Origin: Collinsella sp. | GTDB lineage: Bacteria; Actinomycetota; Coriobacteriia; Coriobacteriales; Coriobacteriaceae | Direction of reading: 5' to 3' | DNA length: 64,000 nucleotides | Assembly: GCA_047247485.1 (NCBI GenBank) | Contig: JBKTTM010000006.1 | Coordinates: 197,246-261,245 of the forward strand | Part shown: positions 52,701-61,614 of the stretch, in pieces | Layout of the letters: the number at the start of each line of letters is the position of its first letter | How positions within the stretch are numbered: the first letter of the stretch is position 1 | Notes under the pieces: model-generated | What the model was told of the DNA's origin: nothing | Databases searched by the model: none | The model's input: the letters and a program-made list of their open reading frames with translations, nothing else | Position numbers and translations under genes: made by a program

Positions 52701-54561
52701 CTTTGGCTTTGCGGTCTTTACCGAGGATTCGCTTGCGCATCTGGTAAAGCCCGAGCGTCCGATTCGCGTCGTCGACCAGTGGATGTACCACAGCCGCCTG
52801 TACGCCGTCGCCCGTTTTGTGACGATGCGCAACGACCTGGACCTGATCCAGCTCAATTCCTTCGGCTGCGGCCTGGACGCTCTGACCACCGATCAGGTGC
52901 AGGAGATTCTGGAAGCCAGCGGCAAGATCTACACCGTGCTTAAGATCGACGAGGTGTCTAACCTGGGTGCCGCGCGCATCCGCATCCGCTCGCTCATGGC
53001 AGCGCTCAAGGACCAGGAGGCCGAGCGCCTGGCCGATGCCACGGCCGCGGGCGAGGCCTACGAGCAAGGCGATGCCGCGCCGGTGGCGCCCTCCACGGAT
53101 GCCCCCGCGTTCGCGAGCCGCAAGTACACGTTCGAGGCGCAGCGTGAGAGTGCTTCGACCGCGTGGCCCAAGGTGCCCTTTACCGAGCAGATGCGCGAGG
53201 AGGGCTACACCATCCTGTGCCCGCAGATGGCGCCGATCCACTTTGACCTGGTCAAAGAGGTGTTCCGCGGTGCCGGCTACAACTTGGAGCTGCTGCCCTC
53301 GACCGACCACGATGCCGTCGAGGCTGGCCTGCGATACGTGAACAATGACATTTGCTATCCGTCGATCCTGGTGACGGGCCAGATTATGGAGGCCATCGAG
53401 AGCGGTCGGTACGACCTGTCCAAGACGGCCGTGGTTATCAGCCAGACCGGCGGCGGCTGCCGTGCCACCAACTACATCGCACTCATCCGCAAGGCCCTGC
53501 GCGAGAGCGGCCACCCCGAGATCCCGGTGATCTCGCTTTCGGCCGTGGCGCTCGGTGAGGACAACCCCGGCTTTAAGATTACGCCGGCACTGCTTAAGCA
53601 GGCAGTCTACGCAGTGCTCTTTGGTGACGTCATGATGCAGATGCTCTATCGTTGCCGCCCGTACGAGGCCACGCCCGGTGCCGCCAACGCACTCTACGAG
53701 GAGTACATGGCGCGCGCCCGCAAGCTGGCGCCTAAGTTCAACAGGCACAACTACACCAAGTTGTGCCGCGAGGCCATCCGCGCGTTCGACACCATGCCGC
53801 TTGTGGGCGAGGGTACCAAGCCGCGCGTGGGCGTGGTTGGCGAGATCCTGGTCAAGTTCCATCCCACGGCCAACAACCACGTGGTCGATGTCATTGAGCG
53901 CGAGGGCTGCGAGGCTGTGGTGCCGGGTCTGCTCGACTTCTTCCTGTACTCCATGAGCAACGCCGAGCTACAGAAGGACGAGCTGGGAAGCTCTGCTACC
54001 ACGCGCGCTGGTATGCAGGCGCTCATCAAGCTGGTGGACTGGATGCGTACGCCGGTGGAGGAGATGCTCGAAAAGTCCAGCCGCTTTGAGGCGCCCGAGC
54101 GCATCGACACTATGGCCGACAAGGCTCGCACGGTGCTCTCGGTGTGCAACAACATGGGCGAAGGCTGGCTGCTCACGGCCGAGATGCTCGACCTGATTGA
54201 CCATGGTGCACCCAACATTATCTGCACGCAGCCCTTCGCGTGCCTGCCCAACCACGTGGTGGGTAAGGCCGTGATCAAGGAACTGCGCCGTCAGCACCCC
54301 GAGAGCAACATCGTCGCAGTGGACTACGACCCCGGCGCGTCCGAGGTCAACCAGCTCAACCGCATTAAGCTCATGATCAGCGTGGCCAAGGAAAACATGC
54401 GCGCCGGTAAGGGCTTTAAGCTCGAGAAGGTGGCGCCGCTCGCGATGGACGAGGTCACCGGCCAGATGCGTGCCCACGATGGCTGCGTGAGCTGCGGCTC
54501 GGTCGACGAGAGTGCCGTGGCGTCGGTCGCTGAGCGCCTGGGACGCGGCATTAAGAAGTAA
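49780..54561 (+). CDS. Fused 2-hydroxyacyl-CoA dehydratase activase-type protein (two ASKHA ATPase domains plus dehydratase-like domains)
   Basis: GIDVGSTT/MNGTCAGGTG and GIDAGSTT/NEACSSGCG ATPase modules, CYPAK, SFGCGLD and QPFACLPNH. Confidence 0.88.
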   Translation: MSKLVEGIKDRMVAAAREAAPAVVDAAQKAATAAAEKVAEAVADAKNAAGETSVASEPATATEPVAAGQAPEGAIFNPENARGNLHLGIDVGSTTVKLAVLNDDNQIVYAKYQRHHTDVRACARDLFEGAATVLPTAQMTCAITGSGGLLLSQWLDLEFVQEVIASKRAVETLIPATDVAIELGGEDAKIIYFDNGIEQRMNGTCAGGTGAFIDQMATLLHTDASGLNELAANATTIYPIASRCGVFAKTDVQPLLNEGARPEDVAASIFQAVVTQTISGLACGRPIRGNVAFLGGPLQYLSELRHRFYLTLNLDEEHRIVPQNAHLFVASGAAMAHESNKLSTFPQLIEAIDSLGDTQGAEVERLDPLFATDEDFAEFKTRHDTEVVPKGKLDGYTGRVFIGIDAGSTTMKAALVGEDGQLLHTWYGNNNGDILGTAKVIMADFYNHIPAGCTIGHVTTTGYGETLLIEALKADSGEIETVAHLRGAKAFLPGVEFILDIGGQDMKCLRVKDGVIEHIMLNEACSSGCGSFIESFAVSMNMDVRAFADAAIHAKAPVDLGSRCTVFMNSRVKQAQKEGATVGDIAAGLSYSVIKNALFKVIKLRDPKEIGSQVIVQGGTFMSDATLRAFEQLTGVHAVRPDIAGCMGAYGAALLARDRAGADGTSTILSAEDIAHLTVTQKHVRCGRCSNNCQLTVNDFGGGRRFITGNRCEKGAGHKKQKTEAPNLFKKKNELLFNREILSPDEAPRGTVGIPRALNMYENYPFWHAFFTRLGFSVQLSDQSSKKTYQAGIESMPSESVCYPAKMSHGHVMNLIDRDVDFIWMPCVRWERKEDPTAGNCYNCPIVMSYPTALALNIDEIREQNIEFLYPFVPYHDKTELKRRLYQVLAVDRVADAQAGRGRVRGPKITRSEVDAAVNAAFEADARFHEDIQTMGEEALKWVEDHGGHGIVLAGRPYHNDPEINHALPELISSFGFAVFTEDSLAHLVKPERPIRVVDQWMYHSRLYAVARFVTMRNDLDLIQLNSFGCGLDALTTDQVQEILEASGKIYTVLKIDEVSNLGAARIRIRSLMAALKDQEAERLADATAAGEAYEQGDAAPVAPSTDAPAFASRKYTFEAQRESASTAWPKVPFTEQMREEGYTILCPQMAPIHFDLVKEVFRGAGYNLELLPSTDHDAVEAGLRYVNNDICYPSILVTGQIMEAIESGRYDLSKTAVVISQTGGGCRATNYIALIRKALRESGHPEIPVISLSAVALGEDNPGFKITPALLKQAVYAVLFGDVMMQMLYRCRPYEATPGAANALYEEYMARARKLAPKFNRHNYTKLCREAIRAFDTMPLVGEGTKPRVGVVGEILVKFHPTANNHVVDVIEREGCEAVVPGLLDFFLYSMSNAELQKDELGSSATTRAGMQALIKLVDWMRTPVEEMLEKSSRFEAPERIDTMADKARTVLSVCNNMGEGWLLTAEMLDLIDHGAPNIICTQPFACLPNHVVGKAVIKELRRQHPESNIVAVDYDPGASEVNQLNRIKLMISVAKENMRAGKGFKLEKVAPLAMDEVTGQMRAHDGCVSCGSVDESAVASVAERLGRGIKK

Positions 54562-54589
54562 CTGGCCTGCTATGGGCTGGATATGAGAC

Positions 54590-54627
54590 AAACGGGTGGT
54601 GGCCGTACCGGCTACCACCCGTTTTTG
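54590..54627 (+). terminator. Rho-independent terminator
   Basis: AAACGGGTGGT...ACCACCCGTTTTT. Confidence 0.7.
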
Positions 54628-54679
54628 CTTGGACATATGTTGCGTAAATCGTTTTGTTGCAGCCTTCTGTGCACTCGAA

Positions 54680-54809
54680 TTTCGGAAGTGCGGGGAAAAA
54701 CGCGAACCTCCTGAGCACACCGCCTTTTTAGACTCTCGCGACCTGCGGTTTTGTTGTAAAAAAAGCCGGTCTGGTCGGCGAAACCCGATTTTTCCCCGCA
54801 CTTCCGAAA
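54680..54809. repeat. MITE-like element with 21-bp terminal inverted repeats
   Basis: TTTCGGAAGTGCGGGGAAAAA / TTTTTCCCCGCACTTCCGAAA with central ACCTGCGGTTTT. Confidence 0.72.
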
Positions 54810-54978
54810 ACAGCGGTTCAGCAGCGCCAAAAAATGCCCTCAAAATCGAGAGTTAATGAACAGGTGTAGCCGTTCGCCGCAAATTACCGTCCGTTTATAG
54901 AACCCACCCCCAGCGCGCGTCCTCCTTACGGTTGAATAAATACACATCTATGGAATTACGTAAGAGAGGACTGTTCTT

Positions 54979-55938
54979 ATGAGCTACAAGACCGTTTGCG
55001 TTGCCGGCGGCGGCGTGCTGGGAAGCCAGATTGCCTTTCAGGCAGCCTACTGCGGCTTTGATGTAACGATTTGGCTGCGCAGCGAGGGCAGCATCGGCCG
55101 TACCCAGCCCAAGATCGATCATGTGCGCGAGGAGTACATCGCTGCTATCGAGGGCATGGCGGACGGCACGGGCGAGTGGTGCGCCGGTATCGCCGATAGC
55201 GGCAAGCCCTTCGACAAGGAGGCGGCACTCGCCGCCGTCGAGCGTGCCTACTCCACGCTCAAGCTGGAGCTCGATCTTGCCAAGGCAGTGGCCGACGCCG
55301 ACCTGGTCATCGAGTCCATGGCCGAGGACACCCAGGCAAAGATCGACTTCTACAAGAAGCTTGCCCCGGTTCTCCCGCAAAAGACCGTCGTCGTAACGAA
55401 CTCCTCTACGCTGCTGCCGAGCACCTTTGCCAAGTACACCGGCCGCCCCGAGAAGTACCTGTCGCTGCACTTTGCCAACTCCATCTGGAAGAACAACATG
55501 ACCGAGGTCATGGCGCAGGACCAAACCGACAAGCGCTACTTCGACGAGCTCGTCGACTTCGCTAACGACATTCGCATGCTTGCCCTGCCCGTCAACAAGG
55601 AAAAGAACGGCTACCTGCTCAATTCCATGCTGGTGCCATGGCTGCTTTCGGGCCTCGACCTGTATGTCTCGGGCGTGAGCGATCCCAAGAGCATCGACCT
55701 CGCATGGACGCGTGGCACCGGCGCACCCAAAGGTCCGTTCCGCGTATTCGATACGGTTGGTATCCAGACGGCTTACAACATCGTTATGCAGTACCAGAAG
55801 GTGCCGGGCCTGGTGAGCCCGTTGCTCAAAAAGATGATGATGCCCTACAACTTTAAGGCCATGGCATCCGTCCTCAAGCAGATGCTCGACGAAGGTAAGC
55901 TGGGCGAAAGTTCGGGCGAGGGCTTCTTCAAGTACTAA
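54979..55938 (+). CDS. 3-hydroxyacyl-CoA dehydrogenase family protein
   Basis: GGGVLG Rossmann motif, VIES, TNSSTL, LHFAN, GYLLN and GKLG...GEGFF. Confidence 0.9.
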   Translation: MSYKTVCVAGGGVLGSQIAFQAAYCGFDVTIWLRSEGSIGRTQPKIDHVREEYIAAIEGMADGTGEWCAGIADSGKPFDKEAALAAVERAYSTLKLELDLAKAVADADLVIESMAEDTQAKIDFYKKLAPVLPQKTVVVTNSSTLLPSTFAKYTGRPEKYLSLHFANSIWKNNMTEVMAQDQTDKRYFDELVDFANDIRMLALPVNKEKNGYLLNSMLVPWLLSGLDLYVSGVSDPKSIDLAWTRGTGAPKGPFRVFDTVGIQTAYNIVMQYQKVPGLVSPLLKKMMMPYNFKAMASVLKQMLDEGKLGESSGEGFFKY

Positions 55939-56019
55939 CAATGATTCCTCGGGGACGGAGGAAAACGGATCATTTTTGGTCGCCAGCAGTGAGAAGATGG
56001 ACCCAGAAATAGAAAGGAG

Positions 56020-56496
56020 TGGCAATGGGCCGGCTCGGGCTTTGAGGACAAGTTACTGCAGGCCCAGGGCGATTTTTCGCTCAACGCGGGCCAGCACAGC
56101 GTGACGTATCTGCCGAGTTCCGATACGGCAACGACCAGTCGCTACCAGGTGCTGCTGTACGACAACAACTTTGGTGCGGCCGAAAGCTATCCCAAGTTCG
56201 ACTGGGGCCAGCTGGGCGCCGCGGTGGTGACCGACTACAACAAGGGCACGCATTCGTTTGGGCGCATCTTTACGGTGGACGAGACGGCGCGCACCTACGA
56301 GCTCGAAGACCAGATCGCCGTGCCGTTTTCGGGCTATGTGAGCAGTGCGCAGCACGTTGGCGATTCAAATAGCATGCTCGTGGCATCGGGCCAGGCCAAG
56401 ACCTTTACCGAGTACGACCGCTACGGTCTACCCATCGCCACCTACGAGATGGAAGCCGAGAAGTACATCTATCGCGTGTACAAGTACGACCTGTAG
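56020..56496 (+). pseudogene. Probable C-terminal fragment of an aryl-sulfate sulfotransferase-like gene
   Basis: In-frame WAGSGFEDKLL...AGQHSV...LLYDNN...FSGYVSSAQ...YRVYKYDL; no room for the N-terminal part and no in-frame RBS-ATG. Confidence 0.6.
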
Positions 56497-56510
56497 GGCC
56501 GCGCTCTGCA

Positions 56511-57650
56511 TCACTTCACGTCAAATTCCACGCGATCGAGCTCGGGCACATTGAGGTCGATGAGCTTGCGGGCGACGTGGCGGTCGCGTGCCCCGAGCGC
56601 CTCGCTTGTCGTCACATGGGCGACAACCTCGCGCTCGACGATGCCCTCCTCGTCGCCTTCGGTGGCCGAGGTCTCGACGGCGACGGTGTAGTCCTTAAAG
56701 CCTGGCAGCACCGCCGCAAGCTCGCGCGTGGTTTCGGTGACGCCGTAGCCGTCCTGCACGCCGGCCTGCGCCGAGCCAATGGAACCCGCCGTCATAACGA
56801 TGCAGGGGATGGCAAAGATTACCGTGCCCACGATGATGCGGCGGCGCACCTTGCGCGATAGCTCGTCGACCTCGGCATTTTCCTCGGTAGTCACAATACC
56901 GTCGCCGTTGAGGTCGCGCTTGAGCGGCACGCGCAAAAGAAGCAGAACGGCTTCGGCCGCGAGTGCGATAAAGACCACGTTGATGCCAAACTCGTAAAGC
57001 GCCGAGAGAAACAGTGACCCGCTTGCGATGGCGATGCCATAGCCCGCCGCGCACAGGGGCGGCATGAGCGCGGTCGCCACAGCCACCCCGGCGATGAGCG
57101 TGGCGGGTTCCTGGTCGCGCGAGTTGCCCAGGCCACCCGCAAAGCCGCCCGCGAGCGCGACGGCAAGGTCCCACACAGTCGGTGTCGAATTGTCGATGAT
57201 GGCGGCCGTGGTGGTGCCAAGGGGCGAGAGCTTAAAGTACAACGTGGACGTGACCAGGCAAAAGACCATCTGCAGCGCGAGGCCGGCGACGGCCTCAAGG
57301 GTGATCTCGCGGTCGAGCGTGGCGATGCCGTATGCCATGGCAAGGACCGAGCCCATGAGCGGGCAGATGAGCATGGCGCCTACAATGGCGATATCCGAGT
57401 CGATATCGAGGCCGATGCTCGCGATCAACATGGCAATGATCAAGATGCATAAGTGTGAGCCAGTCAGGCGCGCCCCGTTTACAAAGCGCTTGCGAATCAC
57501 GTGATAGGGCGCGCGTCCCTCGCGAATGTTGAATGCCCGCTTTAGAAAGCGGCTTGCGTTCTCCATGGCCTCGCTGTGGGCGGGGCGGATGCCATGGCGC
57601 CGATGATGGCGTTCGCGTAGTCGCTTGATCTGTTGTTTGTCGAGTTCCAT
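56511..57650 (-). CDS. DUF389-like membrane protein
   Basis: IASIGL, AIVGAMLICPLM and GVAVATALMPPLC. Confidence 0.85.
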   Translation of the reverse strand: MELDKQQIKRLRERHHRRHGIRPAHSEAMENASRFLKRAFNIREGRAPYHVIRKRFVNGARLTGSHLCILIIAMLIASIGLDIDSDIAIVGAMLICPLMGSVLAMAYGIATLDREITLEAVAGLALQMVFCLVTSTLYFKLSPLGTTTAAIIDNSTPTVWDLAVALAGGFAGGLGNSRDQEPATLIAGVAVATALMPPLCAAGYGIAIASGSLFLSALYEFGINVVFIALAAEAVLLLLRVPLKRDLNGDGIVTTEENAEVDELSRKVRRRIIVGTVIFAIPCIVMTAGSIGSAQAGVQDGYGVTETTRELAAVLPGFKDYTVAVETSATEGDEEGIVEREVVAHVTTSEALGARDRHVARKLIDLNVPELDRVEFDVK

Positions 57651-57957
57651 GTCCACCTCGTTCCAGCGCGGTCCGCGCAACGCGCCCGTTGTCCTAACTC
57701 TACACCGTGGCGGGCAGGGCGTCTGTTGGATGTGGGATTCGATAGGGCAGATGACGCGGGAGCAAATGCAAATCACAGGCTCAATTCGATCCCGCAAGAA
57801 TATGATGCGCCAGCTCCTACATATGTGACGAAATTGTGAAGCACGAGAGCGTAAATTTCAAACAATACGCTGGTCGCCAATGTTGCGCAACAGAATTCAA
57901 AAATCGACAGCTACCGTTTGATACGTATGGATACATCCGTGTCAAAGGGAGAAAGCC

Positions 57958-60900
57958 ATGGCAAACTACAGTCCACAACACTTTGAGCCTCGGGCCAAGA
58001 CTGTCAACGTCAAGGGCGTTGCTAACCGCGCCGTCGCAACCGTTTTGACGGCGGGCCTCATCGCTCAGCCGCTCATGTCGCCGCTGGCGGCAATCGCCGC
58101 ACCGTCAACCGGTAACGGCGATTCTGTTCAGGGGGGGGGTAGTTCTGTAGAGAATACCGTTACCGCCGGTAACCAAGCGGTCGTAAAGACGGCTGCCCAG
58201 CTGGCCGAGGAGTCGGCAAAGCAGCTCAAGGACGCTCAGGCCGCCTACGATGCCGCCCAGAAGAAGGCCGACGCGGCGGGCCAGTCTCAAAAGCAGGCGC
58301 AGCAGCAAAAGAATCAGGCCTCGCAGGCCGTGACCGATAACGCCGCCGAGCAGAACGAGGCCGAGGTAGCCGCGCTTCAGGAGAAGATTGACGAGCTTAA
58401 AGCGGCCGTCGAAAAGACCGAGCAGCAGCAGAAGAAGCTGGGCGACCTGAACGATCAGCTCGAACAGGCCAACAAGAGTGTCGAGGATAAGACGCAGACG
58501 CTCAAGGACGCCAAGGCAAAGCAGGATGAGGCCAAGAAGGCCCTCGATGATGCCCAGGCCAAGCTCGAGGCCATGGGTATGGACGAGTACGCGGCCGCCA
58601 AGAAGGCCGTCGAGGACGCGCAGGCAAAGCTCGATGACGCCAATAAGGCCGTTACTACTGCACAGGACAATCTGGACCAGGCCAAGGCTGCCGAGGCCAG
58701 CGCCCAGCAGGAAAAGCAGAATACCGAGGCAGCTTTGACGACTGCCCAGGCCAAGAAGCAGGAGACTGCCGCTGCTCTCGCAGTCGCAACCACCGCGCGC
58801 GATAACGCCCAGCAGAAGTTCAACCAGGCGCAGGCCGCGCTCGATGCTGCCGTCTCGGGTACGGGTGTTGACCTGAGCGCGCTTGAGGCCGCCAAGATCG
58901 CTGCTGCTGGTGAGCTCAAGACCGCGCAGGACGCGCTCGAAGCCGCGACGACTGCAGACGCCACCGCACAGGCGAACCTGCAGGCTGCGCAGACTACCGT
59001 CACCGCCGCGCAGGAGAAGGCCAACGCCGCCAACGCTGCTGTGGCATCTGCCCAGTCTGCATACGATGCGGCAAACAAGGAGTACAAGGACGCGGCCAGT
59101 AAGCGTGACGCCGCGAAGACGGCATACGAGCAGGCCCAGCAGACCGAGGCCGACAAGAAGGCTGAGTACGACCGACTCGTCGAGATTCGTCAGCAGAAGA
59201 GCAACGAGTTCGATCAGGCTCGTGCTGAAGTAACCGACGCGCACAATGCATACGACGCCGCAAACGCCGAGGTCGAGAAGCTTAACCAGCAGATTGCCGA
59301 CCTCAAGTCGAACATGACCGTAGACCAGAATGTCATCAACCAGGGTATGTTCGGCTTCATGAACTACATCATCGGCGGCAGCCAGTTCACGGCCACGCAG
59401 AAAAAGAATGCCCAGGAAGCCGCATCGATGCTGACCGGTGCCGCTGACAAGGCCGAATGGTATGACAAGTACGTCGATCAGGACATGTCTCGCGACACCA
59501 ATCCGCTTTCCTTGGAGCAGATGCGCAACGCCCTGACCTACCTCGATACCCAGAACAACCTCCGCAAGGCGAACGGTCAGTCGGAGCTCAGCGTCAGCCT
59601 CCGCATGACTGCGGCAGCCGCACTTAATACATCATATTCATCGAACATCTGGGGACACTCGAACTGCTATTTCGATCAAGGTGAGAACCTTGCGGGCGGC
59701 GGCGGAGCATACACCGGAGGCGAAACCGAGGATACCCTCGGCTGGCCATATACCGGTCTCTACACCCAGGAGAAAGAGGCATTCGATAAGTACGTTGCAC
59801 AGTATGGCGACGAACTCGGCAGCCACCGATATGATTCCTACTATATCTACCAGCACTACAACAGCATCTACCATGAGTGCGGACACTATCTCAATATCAT
59901 CGATGCCGGTGCGAAGGCTATCGGCATCGCAACTGGTAGCGGTAAGAACACCGATTCCGAGGTAACCATTTTCGACTATAGTGGAAGCACGGGGCAGAAG
60001 GACTTCACTGTCTCCGAGTTCAAGAAGCTCGTCACCGACTATATCGATTCTGCTTACAATGCAGGCGGCACTCAGGAGCAGAAGGAGCAGCTGAAGCAGC
60101 TACAGAATAAGCTGGCGGAGGCGCAGAAGAACTTCGGGATTGCCGGAACGGCTTATTCTGACGCATTGGATAAGCAAGAAAGCTCTCGCGACGCCTATAC
60201 CGCGGCCGACACGAACATGAACACCGCCAAGGGCGAGTATGAGAAGGCTAAGTCCGGTACCGCCGCCGCGAAGACGGCATACGACGCCGCGAAGGACGCA
60301 CTCGGCGGAATCGACATCGAGTCCCTCAAGCAGAACCTCGATGCCGCCAAGGCCGAGGCCGCTACTGCCCAGGCGGCTCTCGATAAGGCAAACGCCACGC
60401 TTGCTGACAGTAAGACGAAGGCAGCCGAGGCCGCTGCTCACAAGGCGAAGGCTCGCAGCGCCCGCGATGCCGCCAAGGTAAAGTCCGAACAGGCCAATGA
60501 GGCGTATGACAACGCTACCGCTTCGGTCAAGGACCTTGCCGCCAAGTGCGATGCCGCCAAGACGGATCTTGCGAACAAGCAGGGCACGCTTAACGATGCC
60601 AAGAAGGCCGACGACACTGCCCAGGCTGGCGTTGACAAGGCTCAGGCCGCAGATGTGCACGCCGCGACCGCTCTTTCGGGCGCCAAGCAGGCAGTTGCCG
60701 CCAAGACGCAGACCCTGTCCGACGCACAGGCGAAGGCCAAGGCTGCCGAGGGCGAACTGGCCGGCGCAAACAAGGCCTTCGAGCGCTTCGCTGGAGCCCA
60801 GAAGGCGGTCGACGACGCCAAGGCCGCCTATGACGCCGCCGTCGCCGGTGTCGCCGATGCCCAGAAGCAGCTCGAGGCCGCCAACGAAGCCGTCGTCGAT

Positions 60901-61413
60901 GCGAACTTCGAGATCGTCAAGGCCAAGGCCGAGCTTGCCAACGACGAGGCGCTCAAGGCCGATCTTGAGGCTGTCGACCACAAGGCATCCCTTGCCGCGG
61001 GCACGACGGGCAACGAGAAGCTGGTCAAGCTGAACGCTGCCTACGCTCGCTATAAGGCCGCCGTCGATGCCGCCGCTGGCCTCAAGGCTGCTCTGAGCGA
61101 TGCCGATGCCAAGCTGTCCGATGCCAACGACGCCTATGCCGCCGCGCTTGCCGAGCTCGGAGATGCCAAGGATGCCCTGGCTGCCGCTCAGGCCGAGTAC
61201 GACAAGTATCATCCCAAGGCTGAGCCGCAGGCCAAGCCTCAGGTTGCGCAGGCTGCTGCAAAGGCCCCCGTTGCCAAGAAACAGGCTGCGCCTGCCGCGC
61301 TCGCCCAGACTGGCGACAATTCCGCGCTTGCGGGCGAGGTGTTCGTCATCGGCGGTGTGACGCTCGTGGCAGCGGGCGTGACGCTGGGCGATCGTCGTCG
61401 CAAGCAGATGTAG
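57958..61413 (+). CDS. Large sortase-anchored surface protein: signal peptide, Ala/Gln/Lys coiled coil, central CAP (SCP) domain, coiled coil, LAQTG sorting signal
   Basis: QNNLRKANG..L, GENLA and GHYLNII CAP motifs; C-terminal LAQTG, hydrophobic helix and RRRK tail. Confidence 0.85.
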   Translation: MANYSPQHFEPRAKTVNVKGVANRAVATVLTAGLIAQPLMSPLAAIAAPSTGNGDSVQGGGSSVENTVTAGNQAVVKTAAQLAEESAKQLKDAQAAYDAAQKKADAAGQSQKQAQQQKNQASQAVTDNAAEQNEAEVAALQEKIDELKAAVEKTEQQQKKLGDLNDQLEQANKSVEDKTQTLKDAKAKQDEAKKALDDAQAKLEAMGMDEYAAAKKAVEDAQAKLDDANKAVTTAQDNLDQAKAAEASAQQEKQNTEAALTTAQAKKQETAAALAVATTARDNAQQKFNQAQAALDAAVSGTGVDLSALEAAKIAAAGELKTAQDALEAATTADATAQANLQAAQTTVTAAQEKANAANAAVASAQSAYDAANKEYKDAASKRDAAKTAYEQAQQTEADKKAEYDRLVEIRQQKSNEFDQARAEVTDAHNAYDAANAEVEKLNQQIADLKSNMTVDQNVINQGMFGFMNYIIGGSQFTATQKKNAQEAASMLTGAADKAEWYDKYVDQDMSRDTNPLSLEQMRNALTYLDTQNNLRKANGQSELSVSLRMTAAAALNTSYSSNIWGHSNCYFDQGENLAGGGGAYTGGETEDTLGWPYTGLYTQEKEAFDKYVAQYGDELGSHRYDSYYIYQHYNSIYHECGHYLNIIDAGAKAIGIATGSGKNTDSEVTIFDYSGSTGQKDFTVSEFKKLVTDYIDSAYNAGGTQEQKEQLKQLQNKLAEAQKNFGIAGTAYSDALDKQESSRDAYTAADTNMNTAKGEYEKAKSGTAAAKTAYDAAKDALGGIDIESLKQNLDAAKAEAATAQAALDKANATLADSKTKAAEAAAHKAKARSARDAAKVKSEQANEAYDNATASVKDLAAKCDAAKTDLANKQGTLNDAKKADDTAQAGVDKAQAADVHAATALSGAKQAVAAKTQTLSDAQAKAKAAEGELAGANKAFERFAGAQKAVDDAKAAYDAAVAGVADAQKQLEAANEAVVDANFEIVKAKAELANDEALKADLEAVDHKASLAAGTTGNEKLVKLNAAYARYKAAVDAAAGLKAALSDADAKLSDANDAYAAALAELGDAKDALAAAQAEYDKYHPKAEPQAKPQVAQAAAKAPVAKKQAAPAALAQTGDNSALAGEVFVIGGVTLVAAGVTLGDRRRKQM
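58131..58139 (+). repeat. G9 homopolymer in the 5' part of the surface-protein gene
   Basis: CAG GGG GGG GGT. Confidence 0.9.
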
Positions 61414-61480
61414 CGTTTCGAGCGTAGATTCTGCAACGAACTTCGGTTCATAGCAGGAACGCTTCGATAGCTTAACCGAT

Positions 61481-61573
61481 AAGGCCGGCGCGCTGTTAAA
61501 CGCAGCGCGCCGGCCTTTCTTTGTTTCGATATCAAAAAGCCCGGTCGGTAGCCGCGAAAGCTACCGACCGGGC
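61481..61573. terminator. Two terminator hairpins between convergent genes
   Basis: AAGGCCGGCGCGCTG...CAGCGCGCCGGCCTTT (+) and AAAAA-GCCCGGTCGGTAGC...GCTACCGACCGGGC (-). Confidence 0.75.
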
Positions 61574-61614
61574 AAATCGTAGGCAATATGGTTGCTGTCG
61601 AGCAGCTGCTCGAC

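Noticed and set aside
50758..53880. 1040-aa minus-strand ORF
   Set aside because: Antisense shadow of the 1593-aa activase gene, caused by GC3 bias
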